NCBI GenBank assembly: GCA_964405295.1
Contig: CAYONI010000003.1
Coordinates: 5,159-69,158 of the forward strand
Direction of reading: 5' to 3'
Source: an uncultured Methanosarcinales archaeon
Lineage (GTDB): Archaea > Nanobdellota > Nanobdellia > Woesearchaeales > CAYZNE01
DNA length: 64,000 nt
A program made the translations under genes and the position numbers. The first letter of the stretch is position 1, and each line of letters starts with the position of its first letter. The notes under the pieces are model-generated. The model worked only from the letters and a program-made list of their open reading frames with translations. It searched no databases and had not been told where the DNA came from. Below, piece by piece: positions 20,811 to 30,490 of this stretch.

Positions 20811-21150
20811 ACTCTAAAACATCACCGACTTTAATGTTTCTATTTGCAGAAAGAAGTTCTACCATATACTTAAATCTTGTTTTAGGATCATAGTTGAATA
20901 CAAATGGTTTAATATTCTTTTTTATCTTAACTACTCTGAACTTTTCATCTAAGAAAAGAATATCTAATTCAAAGAAAACAAACAACATAGTTACACAATA
21001 TTTCTTTTTTTGGTTTAAATGAAATAAGAATGCTTTATTTTTGCAAAATGCTTTTGTTCGAAACATTAATCCTACACCTATTTGATGAATAGATTTGAAG
21101 TTAATAACCTTTTTTGCAATAACTTTTTTTGTTTTCTTATTGATTAACAT
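20797..21150 (-). CDS. DUF192 family protein
   Basis: GLMFR, MLFVFFELDILFLD, YMVEL. Confidence 0.85.
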   Translation of the reverse strand: MLINKKTKKVIAKKVINFKSIHQIGVGLMFRTKAFCKNKAFLFHLNQKKKYCVTMLFVFFELDILFLDEKFRVVKIKKNIKPFVFNYDPKTRFKYMVELLSANRNIKVGDVLEFNEV

Positions 21151-21191
21151 TAAATTAAAAATAGAATAAGATGTTTATAAAAGTTGTTGAA

Positions 21192-21277
21192 AAATATTCA
21201 ATAAATATTAATGTTTATTAACACCGAAAAAACAAAATTAACATTTTGGTCATTCAACAAAGTTGAATAAAACGGAA
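21192..21277 (-). repeat. Subfamily A copy 2 (degenerate) with nested subfamily B insert (~21231-21270)
   Basis: TATTCAATAAAT...GTTTATTAACACCGAAAA[AACAAAATTAACATTTTGGTCATTCAACAAAGTTGAATAA]AACGGAA. Confidence 0.75.
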
Positions 21278-21301
21278 TTAAAATAAAATAATAAAAAAGA
21301 A

Positions 21302-22330
21302 TTATTTATTAGCCTTACGTCTTTGTTGATATTGACGTTTTTGAGCCTCTTTCTGCTTACCCTTATTTAGTTTTTCATAAGGTGCAGGCTTAACAGCTCC
21401 TTGTGTAGTAAGACACTTAGTACCATCACCGCCTCTAGGATTTCCTAAAAACTTTAGAATAGAATCTCCTGTTTTAGTAAGCTTTTCAAGCATACTTGTG
21501 CTTAACTCACCATCTCCTTCAGTTGGCAGAGTCTTACCCTTGTAGGAAACAATATCCACTTTTGTTTTATATTTATCAGCAATTTTCTTTGCAGATAAAG
21601 TATCTGATGGAACATATGCGCCTCCAAGATATTTAGTGATTAATTTATCTAAAGAAACTTCAAGTAAAAAATTTCTAATCTGACTCTGTTTGTCTGCGCT
21701 GATTTCTAATGATTTTAGTTTTTTCCCATCTGTACCGAGCATATAAGTTATTTTTAATTCTCCATCATCACCTTTATCATTAGGATCTCCAACAGAAGAC
21801 ATGGTTACAGAGTATCCGAGAAGCTCATGTTCACTTCCAGTAACTCTTTTCATTGTACAATCATAATCATTGATTTGATTTCCTACTGATCTACCAGGGC
21901 GAGTACTAGAAATAAAATCTCTTATTTTATTATGATATTGTATTAAACGAGTAATAGGTATTAACGCATCATCTTTTGAATCTTCAACTACAAAAGATGC
22001 ATTACTCTCAAGATCAGCCAAAACGGAATCTTCTAAAGAGTAAGACCACATTCCTAAACTGTCTGCTCTCATAGGATGATTAACAGTTAAATCAACAGAA
22101 GTAATATTATAATCCCTGTCGGTTATAATTGATCCAATCAATAAATTATCAGGATCATTCAGCTTAAATGTTAATTCAGATGAAGAAGTAAAAAGCTCTC
22201 CTTTAGATTTTGCAGTTTGAAATTTAGCAAAAGGTTCATCAGTTTGTGAACAGGAAACTATAGCTCCTGCACCTAAAGCTATCAAAATCAATCTTGTTAA
22301 TGAATTATTAATGGGGTTTAGTCCTTTCAT
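21302..22330 (-). CDS. Hypothetical lipoprotein
   Basis: Signal peptide ending IVSC; GAGGTG Shine-Dalgarno. Confidence 0.6.
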   Translation of the reverse strand: MKGLNPINNSLTRLILIALGAGAIVSCSQTDEPFAKFQTAKSKGELFTSSSELTFKLNDPDNLLIGSIITDRDYNITSVDLTVNHPMRADSLGMWSYSLEDSVLADLESNASFVVEDSKDDALIPITRLIQYHNKIRDFISSTRPGRSVGNQINDYDCTMKRVTGSEHELLGYSVTMSSVGDPNDKGDDGELKITYMLGTDGKKLKSLEISADKQSQIRNFLLEVSLDKLITKYLGGAYVPSDTLSAKKIADKYKTKVDIVSYKGKTLPTEGDGELSTSMLEKLTKTGDSILKFLGNPRGGDGTKCLTTQGAVKPAPYEKLNKGKQKEAQKRQYQQRRKANK

Positions 22331-22469
22331 TTTATTTTCACCTCATTTGTGATTTAATTAATGTTATTACTATTTAGTGATAATAATCCTTTATATATTT
22401 TTCTGTTTTCCTTTATAAACAGACTGAAATTGCACTACATTTATAAACATTTATACTAAATTTTGAAAT

Positions 22470-22712
22470 ATGAAATTTGATACTAAACATGAGGTAGTAG
22501 GCTGGACCGGAATGACACTAATTCTTGTGGCCTATGCATTTAATGCATTTAATTTAGTGGGCACAGAAAGCCTTTTCTACGCATTATTCAACATTATAGG
22601 CTCTGCAGGCATCATATACGCTTCATTCTACAAAAAAGATTATCAACCAGTTGTTCTAAACTTTGTATGGATTGCAATTGCAATACTTCTAATGATTAAG
22701 GCCTTAATATAG
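22470..22712 (+). CDS. Small membrane protein (CBU_0592-like)
   Basis: GWTG..LILVAY, Y..FNIIGS, Q.VVLNFVW. Confidence 0.75.
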   Translation: MKFDTKHEVVGWTGMTLILVAYAFNAFNLVGTESLFYALFNIIGSAGIIYASFYKKDYQPVVLNFVWIAIAILLMIKALI

Positions 22713-23517
22713 AAGTTTCATCAATAAGCTGCTTAAAATAACAATCAACTCTAGTATCGCCTATAAACTTTGTTAGAAGCGTTATCGCCTCATAAGAAGT
22801 GATAACTCCACCTTTAGCCATTGCGAACTGATCATACTTAGCCTGGGGCCTTCTCCCTGAAAATTCACCTTTAGTTTTAGGATTACCTGTTCCTGATTGC
22901 AGCATAGAAAAATGTTCTTTACTAAAACTAAAAAGATGTGAATCAGTATGAATACAGTATTTTAAATCCTTATCAAAAACACAATGAAAATAAGTTTGAT
23001 TTCTTTCTCCTCTATTTTTATGTTTAGGCTGTTTTAACTTTTTCACTTCTAATTGAATATTAGAGTCTTTGAGTCTTTCCCAAACAAAAGTAAAATTATA
23101 AGCCTTATTATATGTCTTTTTTAACTCAGCACCTTCATTATAAACATTATCAGATTCACGTCCAGTTATTGAAATTATTCTAGAAATATCGGATTTAGCA
23201 ATAGGATAACAATACTGATTCTGAATCTCAACTTTTCTCAATGAATTAGTCTTTTTGGATTTTAACTTATGCCATCTTTTCTGATTTTCAGTAAATTCAA
23301 TATAAAATATCCCCTGATAAATTTTATTTAACTCCACTAATTCTTTTAAGAAATTCACCCTCCTAAAAACATAAGAATAATATAACTTTCTATCCCTAAA
23401 CTGAGATTTAAGCTTAAAATAACTCTTACCTGAATTCTTAGAATCAATATTAAGAACAATATCATCAATACAAATCAAAGTATTACCAGACTTTGTTAAA
23501 ATTCTTGGTTCAGACAT
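22696..23517 (-). CDS. Hypothetical protein
   Basis: 273-aa ORF with YFHC..D...HTDSH. Confidence 0.55.
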   Translation of the reverse strand: MSEPRILTKSGNTLICIDDIVLNIDSKNSGKSYFKLKSQFRDRKLYYSYVFRRVNFLKELVELNKIYQGIFYIEFTENQKRWHKLKSKKTNSLRKVEIQNQYCYPIAKSDISRIISITGRESDNVYNEGAELKKTYNKAYNFTFVWERLKDSNIQLEVKKLKQPKHKNRGERNQTYFHCVFDKDLKYCIHTDSHLFSFSKEHFSMLQSGTGNPKTKGEFSGRRPQAKYDQFAMAKGGVITSYEAITLLTKFIGDTRVDCYFKQLIDETSILRP

Positions 23518-23563
23518 AATTTAAGAGAATTAACTAAAGAATATAAATCTTACTCTAAATTAT

Positions 23564-23654
23564 AACAAAAATCCACAATTTTTATGCATTTTTGAACTTA
23601 CAAGAAACTTATCTACAATCTAAAAACATAAGGATTACAAGCATTCTTGTAAAT
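23564..23654. repeat. Subfamily B element (degenerate, long loops)
   Basis: AACAAAAAT...ATTTTTG-AAC-TTACAAGAA...TTCTTGTAA. Confidence 0.5.
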
Positions 23655-23710
23655 AACAAAATATATAAACCTAAACACAATCTGGATAGGGACCACATAG
23701 GAGGTGTAAA

Positions 23711-24724
23711 ATGGAATTTTATGATGAACTAAGAAAAAACTTACTAAACTTTAGCTTTGATGATATTATAGGAAATGAAACTGCTAAGAAACAGGTGAAA
23801 TCTGCTTTATACGCAAGAAGACCAATAATTATTGTTGGACCGCCAGGGATTGGAAAAACAACACTATCAAAGCAGGTATCAAATATTCTACCGATAAAAG
23901 AAGTTAATGATTGCGGGTTTAATTGTTTACCAGAAAAACCCTCTTGCCCATATTGCATTGAGAAAACCGCAAAAGGAGAAAAAATACAAACAAAAAAAGT
24001 TAGCTCTGAAGATTTATTTGTTAGAGTACAAGGATCACCTGATCTAACTGCAGAAGATTTAATTGGAGACATTGATCCAGTCCTGGCAATGAAGCATGGA
24101 GCACTATCTCTGGAAGCATTTACCCCTGGAAAAATATTCAAGGCAAACAATGGAATATTATTTTTTGATGAGATTAATAGGTGTTCTGAAAAGCTACAAA
24201 ACGCATTATTACAAGTTCTAGAAGAAAGAAAAGTTACAGTGGGAAGTTATACTTTTGATTTTAATGTTGACTTTATATTTCTAGGAACAATGAATCCAGA
24301 AGATTCAAGCACAGAAACATTGAGTGATGTTTTCGTCGATAGATTTGATTTGGTCTACATGGATTACCCAGACACTCTAGAAGAAGAAAAAACAATTCTA
24401 AATTCTAAAGACATACATTATGCAGAGTTTCCAGAAAAACTAAAAAATTTTATTGTAACATATATTCAAGCCCTTAGAGAATCACAAGATCTAGAAAAAC
24501 ATCCGGGTGTAAGAGCAACATTAGGATTATATGAACGAGCACAGACAAATGCAGTTATCAATGGTAGAAATAAAGTTAAGATGAAGGATATTGAAGAAGT
24601 ATTCATATCTGTTCTTGCACACAGAATAAAACTAAAACCAAGTGTAGCATACACGAAGAGCACCGAAGATTTCTTAAGAAGCACATTCAATTCTCAAGCT
24701 GAAAAAACAGAAAATACTACCTGA
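23711..24724 (+). CDS. MoxR/Mg-chelatase-I-like AAA+ ATPase
   Basis: GPPGIGKT, GILFFDEINR, LQNALLQVLEE, TMNP, DRF. Confidence 0.9.
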   Translation: MEFYDELRKNLLNFSFDDIIGNETAKKQVKSALYARRPIIIVGPPGIGKTTLSKQVSNILPIKEVNDCGFNCLPEKPSCPYCIEKTAKGEKIQTKKVSSEDLFVRVQGSPDLTAEDLIGDIDPVLAMKHGALSLEAFTPGKIFKANNGILFFDEINRCSEKLQNALLQVLEERKVTVGSYTFDFNVDFIFLGTMNPEDSSTETLSDVFVDRFDLVYMDYPDTLEEEKTILNSKDIHYAEFPEKLKNFIVTYIQALRESQDLEKHPGVRATLGLYERAQTNAVINGRNKVKMKDIEEVFISVLAHRIKLKPSVAYTKSTEDFLRSTFNSQAEKTENTT

Positions 24725-24794
24725 CCCAAAAGGAATTGGAACGAGTACTAAAGATTTCGAAAGCTATTCTCCTATTGAAGAAAAAGAAGGTAAT

Positions 24795-25910
24795 ATGCAA
24801 AAATCAGGGAAAGAAAACAAGCTAATGAGTAGTGTTGACTCAGGTTCTACTGACAAAAAAGACGGCAAAGTTGCAGAAGATATGGTTAACAATTCTGTTG
24901 GAAGTTTTGTTCCAGATATTGTGTTTCAAAACATGGCCAGAGATTTTAAGAATGCAAAAAATCTTTATGGAGAAACAATTATTAGAGAACTAACAGACTT
25001 TGAACCAGGCTACATAGAGAAAAATATTAATATTCCTGAATTCAAAAGAGAACTCAAAAAAAATATTGCTGCAAATGTGAAAAACCTTAAGTCTAAAGGA
25101 GTAATAAACTCAGATTATGTTCTTACAGAAGCAGGACTTGATCTAGCGGCAGTTGAGTTATGTAATTCTGAACTTGAAAAACTAAAAATAAAAGGGTATG
25201 GCAATAAAAAAACAAAAGAGCACTATACTTATGGAGAAAAAGAAGATTATTCTAATTTTAAAACAGGAAATAGATACAAGGATGTCTCTGTTGCACAGAG
25301 TGTTAAGAATGCTGCACGAAGAAAGCATAAAGAAATTCGGACAACAGACATAAAAGTTTATGATCGTAAAAGAACCGGAAAAATAGATGTAGTTTACTGC
25401 CTAGATTCAAGTGGAAGTATGAAAGGGAATAAGCTTGGCCTGAGCAAAAGAGCAGGAGTTGCACTTGCATATAAAGCAATACTAGACAAAAACAGAGTTG
25501 GGCTATTAGTTTTTGATTCTGAAATAAGAAAAATTGTTCCTTTAACAAATAATTTTAATTTAATTTTATCTGAATTAGTTAGAATAAGAGCAAGAAATCA
25601 AACTAATATAAATAAAGTTATATCAGAAGCATCTGAAATTCTAAACAAAAGTAAAAACACAAAGCACATAGTTATTCTAAGCGATGCAATGCCAAACATA
25701 GGTGAAGTAGAAAGTGTTTACGAAGCCACAGCAGTTGCAGCAAGTAGGGGAATAACTGTTTCTTTTATAGGAGTTGAACTCGATAAAAAAGGCGCTGAAG
25801 TTGCAGAGAAAACTGTTGAAATTGGAAAAGGTAGACTCTACAAAGTTTCCAAAATGGACAACATAGATTCTATACTTTTAGAAGACTACGAATTTGCAAA
25901 GAAAGGATAA
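24795..25910 (+). CDS. vWA domain protein (ChlD C-terminal-like)
   Basis: MIDAS motif DSSGSM, T, LSDA; frame is open upstream to 24678. Confidence 0.88.
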   Translation: MQKSGKENKLMSSVDSGSTDKKDGKVAEDMVNNSVGSFVPDIVFQNMARDFKNAKNLYGETIIRELTDFEPGYIEKNINIPEFKRELKKNIAANVKNLKSKGVINSDYVLTEAGLDLAAVELCNSELEKLKIKGYGNKKTKEHYTYGEKEDYSNFKTGNRYKDVSVAQSVKNAARRKHKEIRTTDIKVYDRKRTGKIDVVYCLDSSGSMKGNKLGLSKRAGVALAYKAILDKNRVGLLVFDSEIRKIVPLTNNFNLILSELVRIRARNQTNINKVISEASEILNKSKNTKHIVILSDAMPNIGEVESVYEATAVAASRGITVSFIGVELDKKGAEVAEKTVEIGKGRLYKVSKMDNIDSILLEDYEFAKKG

Positions 25911-25929
25911 ATTAAAAAAAGAATAAAAA

Positions 25930-27612
25930 CTACTTTTTTGCTCTTCCACCACGAGGAGCACCTCTAGGTTTTGGAGCACTTCTTCTTGGGCCAGAACTTC
26001 CACCACGAGGAGCTGAACTTCTTCCTCTGGGTGCAGAACTTCTTGGAGCAGAACTAAATCTTTTCTCAGATGAAGAACCCCTACTAGAACTACGTGCTGA
26101 ATCTCTTCTAGAACGTGAATTATCTCTTGAAGATCCACCTTCGGTGTCATAACCGCTACGACCTTGAGAAGATGATCTTCCTCTTGGAGCAGAACTTCTA
26201 AAACTTGAACTTCCACCACGAGAACTTGAACCCCTTGGAGCAGAACTTCTAGGTGCAGAACTTCTTCCGTCAGAAGAGGTTGCATTACCATAACTTCTAC
26301 CACGAGTACCTCTACCAGAAGAATATCCTCTTTCTCTAGACCCACTTCTAGAACCAGAATTATAATCTCTACCTCTAGAACTTGAACCTCTTTCAGAATC
26401 ATAACCACCACGAGAACCACCACGAGAACCACCACGAGAACCACCACGACCAGAATCTCTTCCACCAAATCTTGTTTTAGGTGAAGTTTTTTGCATTTCA
26501 ATCCTTGGAACTTTTGGCATTGGAAGTTCTTCAATATTAACTTTTTGTTCACTTAATAATCTTGTGTAATTTTCATAATCTCTCTTTGTAAGAAGAGTTA
26601 TTGCAATCCCATCTTCCCCTGCACGAGCAGTTCTACCAATTCTATGGATATATTGTTTACTATCATTAGTAACATCATAATTGTATACATGAGAAACTCC
26701 CTTTATGTCAAGTCCTCTTGCAGCAACATCAGTACAAACAAGAACTGTAACAGTTTTTGAATGAAACTTTCCAAGTGTTTTACTTCTCTTTTCTTGAGAA
26801 AGACCACCATGAATTGCAGTTGCATTAATTCCCTGAGCTTTTAAATTGTCAGCCACATAATCAACATTGTTTCTTGTATTACAAAAAATCATCACTAAAC
26901 CAGGAGTTTCTTCTTTCAATAAATAAACAAGCAAAGGAAACTTTGAATTTGATCCAGCATCATAAAAAACTTGCTTAAGCAATTTAGGGTCGATCCTTGA
27001 AGCAGCATTAACTCTCACAGGAGAATTCATATATTTCTTTGCAATAGACATCACTGCATTTGAGATAGTTGCAGAAAACAATAGTGTTTGCCTTTTCTTT
27101 GGGCAATGAGATAAAATTTCTCTTATATCATCAATAAATCCCATGTCAAACATTCTATCTGCTTCATCAAGTATTACAGTAGAAACCCTACTTAAATCGA
27201 TTGTTCCTCTACCAAGATGGTCTAAAAGCCTTCCAGGTGTTGCAACTACGATATCTGCTTTTCTCAATGCAGACATTTGCGGATTAATAGATACTCCTCC
27301 ATAAATTAATGCTATTCTTAGTTTTCTATTCTTTGAAAACTTAATTATTTCATCAGAAATTTGGTGAGCTAATTCTCTTGTCGGAGACAAAATTAATGCT
27401 TGTATGCCTTTAGTAGGCATAGTACTTTGTAAGATTCCAACACTAAATGCTAGAGTCTTACCAGATCCAGTTGCAGATTCTGCAACAACGTCTTTTCCTT
27501 CCAAAACTAGAGGAATTGATTTTACCTGTATTTCTGTTGGCTCGTCAAATCCTTGTTTTGCAATTACTTTTAATATAGTGTCTGATAGACCTAATTCTTT
27601 AAATTTTTCCAT
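25930..27612 (-). CDS. DEAD-box RNA helicase with RGG/RS-rich disordered tail
   Basis: TGSGKT, PTRELA, DEAD, SAT, ARGLD, HRIGRTAR. Confidence 0.96.
   Translation of the reverse strand: MEKFKELGLSDTILKVIAKQGFDEPTEIQVKSIPLVLEGKDVVAESATGSGKTLAFSVGILQSTMPTKGIQALILSPTRELAHQISDEIIKFSKNRKLRIALIYGGVSINPQMSALRKADIVVATPGRLLDHLGRGTIDLSRVSTVILDEADRMFDMGFIDDIREILSHCPKKRQTLLFSATISNAVMSIAKKYMNSPVRVNAASRIDPKLLKQVFYDAGSNSKFPLLVYLLKEETPGLVMIFCNTRNNVDYVADNLKAQGINATAIHGGLSQEKRSKTLGKFHSKTVTVLVCTDVAARGLDIKGVSHVYNYDVTNDSKQYIHRIGRTARAGEDGIAITLLTKRDYENYTRLLSEQKVNIEELPMPKVPRIEMQKTSPKTRFGGRDSGRGGSRGGSRGGSRGGYDSERGSSSRGRDYNSGSRSGSRERGYSSGRGTRGRSYGNATSSDGRSSAPRSSAPRGSSSRGGSSSFRSSAPRGRSSSQGRSGYDTEGGSSRDNSRSRRDSARSSSRGSSSEKRFSSAPRSSAPRGRSSAPRGGSSGPRRSAPKPRGAPRGGRAKK
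26404..26449. repeat. 12-bp tandem repeat encoding SRGG
   Basis: ACCACCACGAGA, about 3.8 copies. Confidence 0.9.
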
Positions 27613-27800
27613 TTTAAAATATTAAGAAAGCGTACAAAAATAAATATGGAATTTTAAGATATCTTTTATCTGTGTTACTCTCCTTTCGGAAAGCTTAAAT
27701 TCAAAAATTTTTAAGTTTGTTACTTCCTTACCTCTTATGTTAATAACACTTAGAATCCCGGTTTTATTTATAAATCTTTAGGGTTTATTTAATAAAAAAT

Positions 27801-28394
27801 CTAAATTATTATAACTTCTCCATCACGCAAAGACTTAAACTTAACACCTTTAGTTTTCAAATCCTTAACTAACTTATTAATTTTATCAGATTCTTTATGA
27901 CCTGATTGAAAATGTGGAATAATCAAAAAATCTATAAGGTTTAACCCATCCCAAATAATATTTGTTTTGTAAGGATCTGCAGTTTTATCATCAACCACAT
28001 CTAAATATTTTAAACTAGGGCCTAATACACAAACACCTGCACTATAACCGCCATAAACTATGTCTATCTCAGAAATAACACTATCAAACCCACTAAGCTT
28101 CATAGCTTGGCGCAAAACGAATACATTACCTCCCCTAACCCAAACTATATCAAAAGACTGTAATTTTTTCTTCAAATCTTCTTTTTTCCCAAAATATTTT
28201 CGCAAATCTATTTTTTCAATAGAAAAACCTAATTTATGTAAGTCAGCATAATCTTTCTCTTCACTAATTTTTCGTCTTTCAGAATCATTGGAAAAGTCCA
28301 AGGCATTTGATATATATGCTAACTTTTTACCGGATAATTTTCGGAGTTTTCCGGATTCATTACCTACTTTATAAGACGAAAGATAAAATTTCAT
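27801..28394 (-). CDS. Peptidase E (S51) family
   Basis: WVRGGNVFVL, YGGYSAG, IIPH, LRDGE. Confidence 0.88.
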   Translation of the reverse strand: MKFYLSSYKVGNESGKLRKLSGKKLAYISNALDFSNDSERRKISEEKDYADLHKLGFSIEKIDLRKYFGKKEDLKKKLQSFDIVWVRGGNVFVLRQAMKLSGFDSVISEIDIVYGGYSAGVCVLGPSLKYLDVVDDKTADPYKTNIIWDGLNLIDFLIIPHFQSGHKESDKINKLVKDLKTKGVKFKSLRDGEVIII

Positions 28395-28476
28395 ATTATC
28401 GTATAGAACACCCTTTTTTATATATTTTTTGCATTTAAGAAAGATATTTAAATTTGATAAACTTTCACTAATTATC

Positions 28477-29685
28477 ATGAGTGAAGAAATGTTTCAGAAA
28501 CTGCTTAGAAAAGCGAAAATATCTAGTTCAGCATACCCACTAAAGGGAACAGATCTTTTACTTCCTTTAGGCAAAGAAATTCTTTCTAATATTGAAAAGC
28601 TAAGCTTATCCACTTACAAAGAGATAGGTTATAGGGAAGTGGATTTACCAAGTATAGTACCTGCAGAAATGATAAATCATTTAAGCAAAGAAGGATTATT
28701 TAAATTAAACAATAAACATATAGAATTTTTTCTTACACCCGGGTACGAAACTCAATCAGTAGTAATACTCAAAAATATAGTTGATAATTATGAGATGTTT
28801 CCAATAAAAATATTTAAGAAAGGAAAAGCATATAGGCAAGACTCAAAGATACATCTAATTAAAAACTTAGAGCTTAGGATTGTTGAACTTAATTCTTTTT
28901 TCATAACTAAAGAAGAAGCTGAAAAAGAACTAATAATCCTTAATGAAATTGCGAAAAAAAATCTTATTTCTCTTGGAATCCCATATATTAAAGTAAAAAA
29001 TAGTCAAGTGCCTACACAATACAAATTTATTGGGTTTTTCCCTCATTCTGGAAAATTTGGGACTATAATCCCAACTGTATTGCTGGGTGAAAAACACAGT
29101 CAACAATGCAATGTTTTTTTCAAAAATAAGGGAAAAAAGCGATTCTATCCAATCCAAGTAAACTCAGGTTTTACAGGGAGAATACTTGCAGCATATCTTT
29201 CTAATCACATGGATAAAGAAAAAGGCTTTATTTTAGACCATAATATCTCTCCTTATGAATTTATAATTAATGAATTAGATTTCAATGAGGCCCAATTAGC
29301 AAATCTTAAACTAAAATTACAGAAAGAAAAAATATCTTATCTTCTATTAAGAAAAAAGAGCAATAACTTAAGTTATCAACATTTTATAGCAACAGGCATA
29401 CCTGCCCAGATTGGTTTTAAAAAAGGCTATTTAGAAATAACAGAAAGAGATGGGACAGTTATAAGAAAAAATTATAACAATGATCTTAAAATGCCTCATC
29501 CCAATAAGGATTTAGCAATAGAAGAGAAAAAAATAGAGATTAGACAAATAAATAACGGCCTTAAAGAATATGAACACAACATAATTTATGCAACAACTAA
29601 TCCAAATTTTAATCTAGATAATAAACTTAAATTTATTGGACTCAATGAAGAAAACCAAAAATTATTTGTTAAAAGTAAATATTAA
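28477..29685 (+). CDS. Degenerate prolyl-tRNA-synthetase-like (class IIa) paralog
   Basis: Motif 1 GYREVDLPSI, eroded motif 2 YRQDSK..IKNLEL, motif 3 SGFTGRILAA..NHMD..GF. Confidence 0.72.
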   Translation: MSEEMFQKLLRKAKISSSAYPLKGTDLLLPLGKEILSNIEKLSLSTYKEIGYREVDLPSIVPAEMINHLSKEGLFKLNNKHIEFFLTPGYETQSVVILKNIVDNYEMFPIKIFKKGKAYRQDSKIHLIKNLELRIVELNSFFITKEEAEKELIILNEIAKKNLISLGIPYIKVKNSQVPTQYKFIGFFPHSGKFGTIIPTVLLGEKHSQQCNVFFKNKGKKRFYPIQVNSGFTGRILAAYLSNHMDKEKGFILDHNISPYEFIINELDFNEAQLANLKLKLQKEKISYLLLRKKSNNLSYQHFIATGIPAQIGFKKGYLEITERDGTVIRKNYNNDLKMPHPNKDLAIEEKKIEIRQINNGLKEYEHNIIYATTNPNFNLDNKLKFIGLNEENQKLFVKSKY

Positions 29686-29686
29686 T

Positions 29687-30490
29687 TTATCTATTAGTTC
29701 TAAATATTTTAAGAACATTATCCCATAAAGGGAAGTATTTTGGCAAGAAATTATCCAAAAATAATCTTATTTGATCTTTATTATTAATCGGATCCATCTC
29801 ATATTCCAAAATCTTCTTTATATCTACAGCCAAGTCCGGAAATTCTTCAGATAGTATTTTTGCACATGTATGAAGATTAGGAGTATATACTGGCTTTTTA
29901 TACATAACCAGCCCAAGACCAGACCTCAAAATAGTCCTCATGGTCCATCTACACCAAAACCTGGGCTTTCGAACTCTTGACAAATAGGAACGGCTCCCAT
30001 AACCTTTAAAATAAGAATGGAGATCAGATAATTCAGTTTTAATATTAGAATACATAAAATGAGCCAGATCCTTATCTGCTTTAAAATCTTTAATATTAGA
30101 CAAGACATCATTACCATACAATAAACAAGACTGGGTCTTCAGATAAACTCTTAATCTTTTATATTCTGAAGACATTAAAAGATCATAATTCAATAAAGTA
30201 ATATCTACCTCAGAAACAACAGAGAAATCAGATTCTAAAGAATCAATAATCTGCAAAACCTTATCTTTTTCATTTTTATTTGGTTTAGATTCTATAAAAA
30301 CCACAAGATCAATATCTGATAACGATTTTATCCCCTTGCCATCAGACAAACTTCCTCTAAGATATATTGCAAGTGGCTTAAACCCAGAAAGTATTCTGTT
30401 TGTTGACTCTTCGACTAACTCTTTAAAAATCGGTTGAAGCTTATCTAAAGATCCTTCATTCAAAATTGTTCCATCAGATAGTATTTCCAT
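29687..30490 (-). CDS. Pol-beta-superfamily nucleotidyltransferase
   Basis: IYLRGS...SDIDL, VDI. Confidence 0.85.
   Translation of the reverse strand: MEILSDGTILNEGSLDKLQPIFKELVEESTNRILSGFKPLAIYLRGSLSDGKGIKSLSDIDLVVFIESKPNKNEKDKVLQIIDSLESDFSVVSEVDITLLNYDLLMSSEYKRLRVYLKTQSCLLYGNDVLSNIKDFKADKDLAHFMYSNIKTELSDLHSYFKGYGSRSYLSRVRKPRFWCRWTMRTILRSGLGLVMYKKPVYTPNLHTCAKILSEEFPDLAVDIKKILEYEMDPINNKDQIRLFLDNFLPKYFPLWDNVLKIFRTNR

Noticed and set aside
21231..21270. Hammerhead ribozyme reading of subfamily B (stem-GTC-stem)
   Set aside because: No CTGANGA/GAAA catalytic core on either strand.
24722..24751. UGA readthrough or selenocysteine at the end of the AAA+ gene
   Set aside because: The frame reaches TAA after eight more codons, so readthrough would not reach the vWA gene.
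25878..26552. 224-aa Val/Leu-rich ORF
   Set aside because: Alternate-frame shadow of the repetitive helicase tail.
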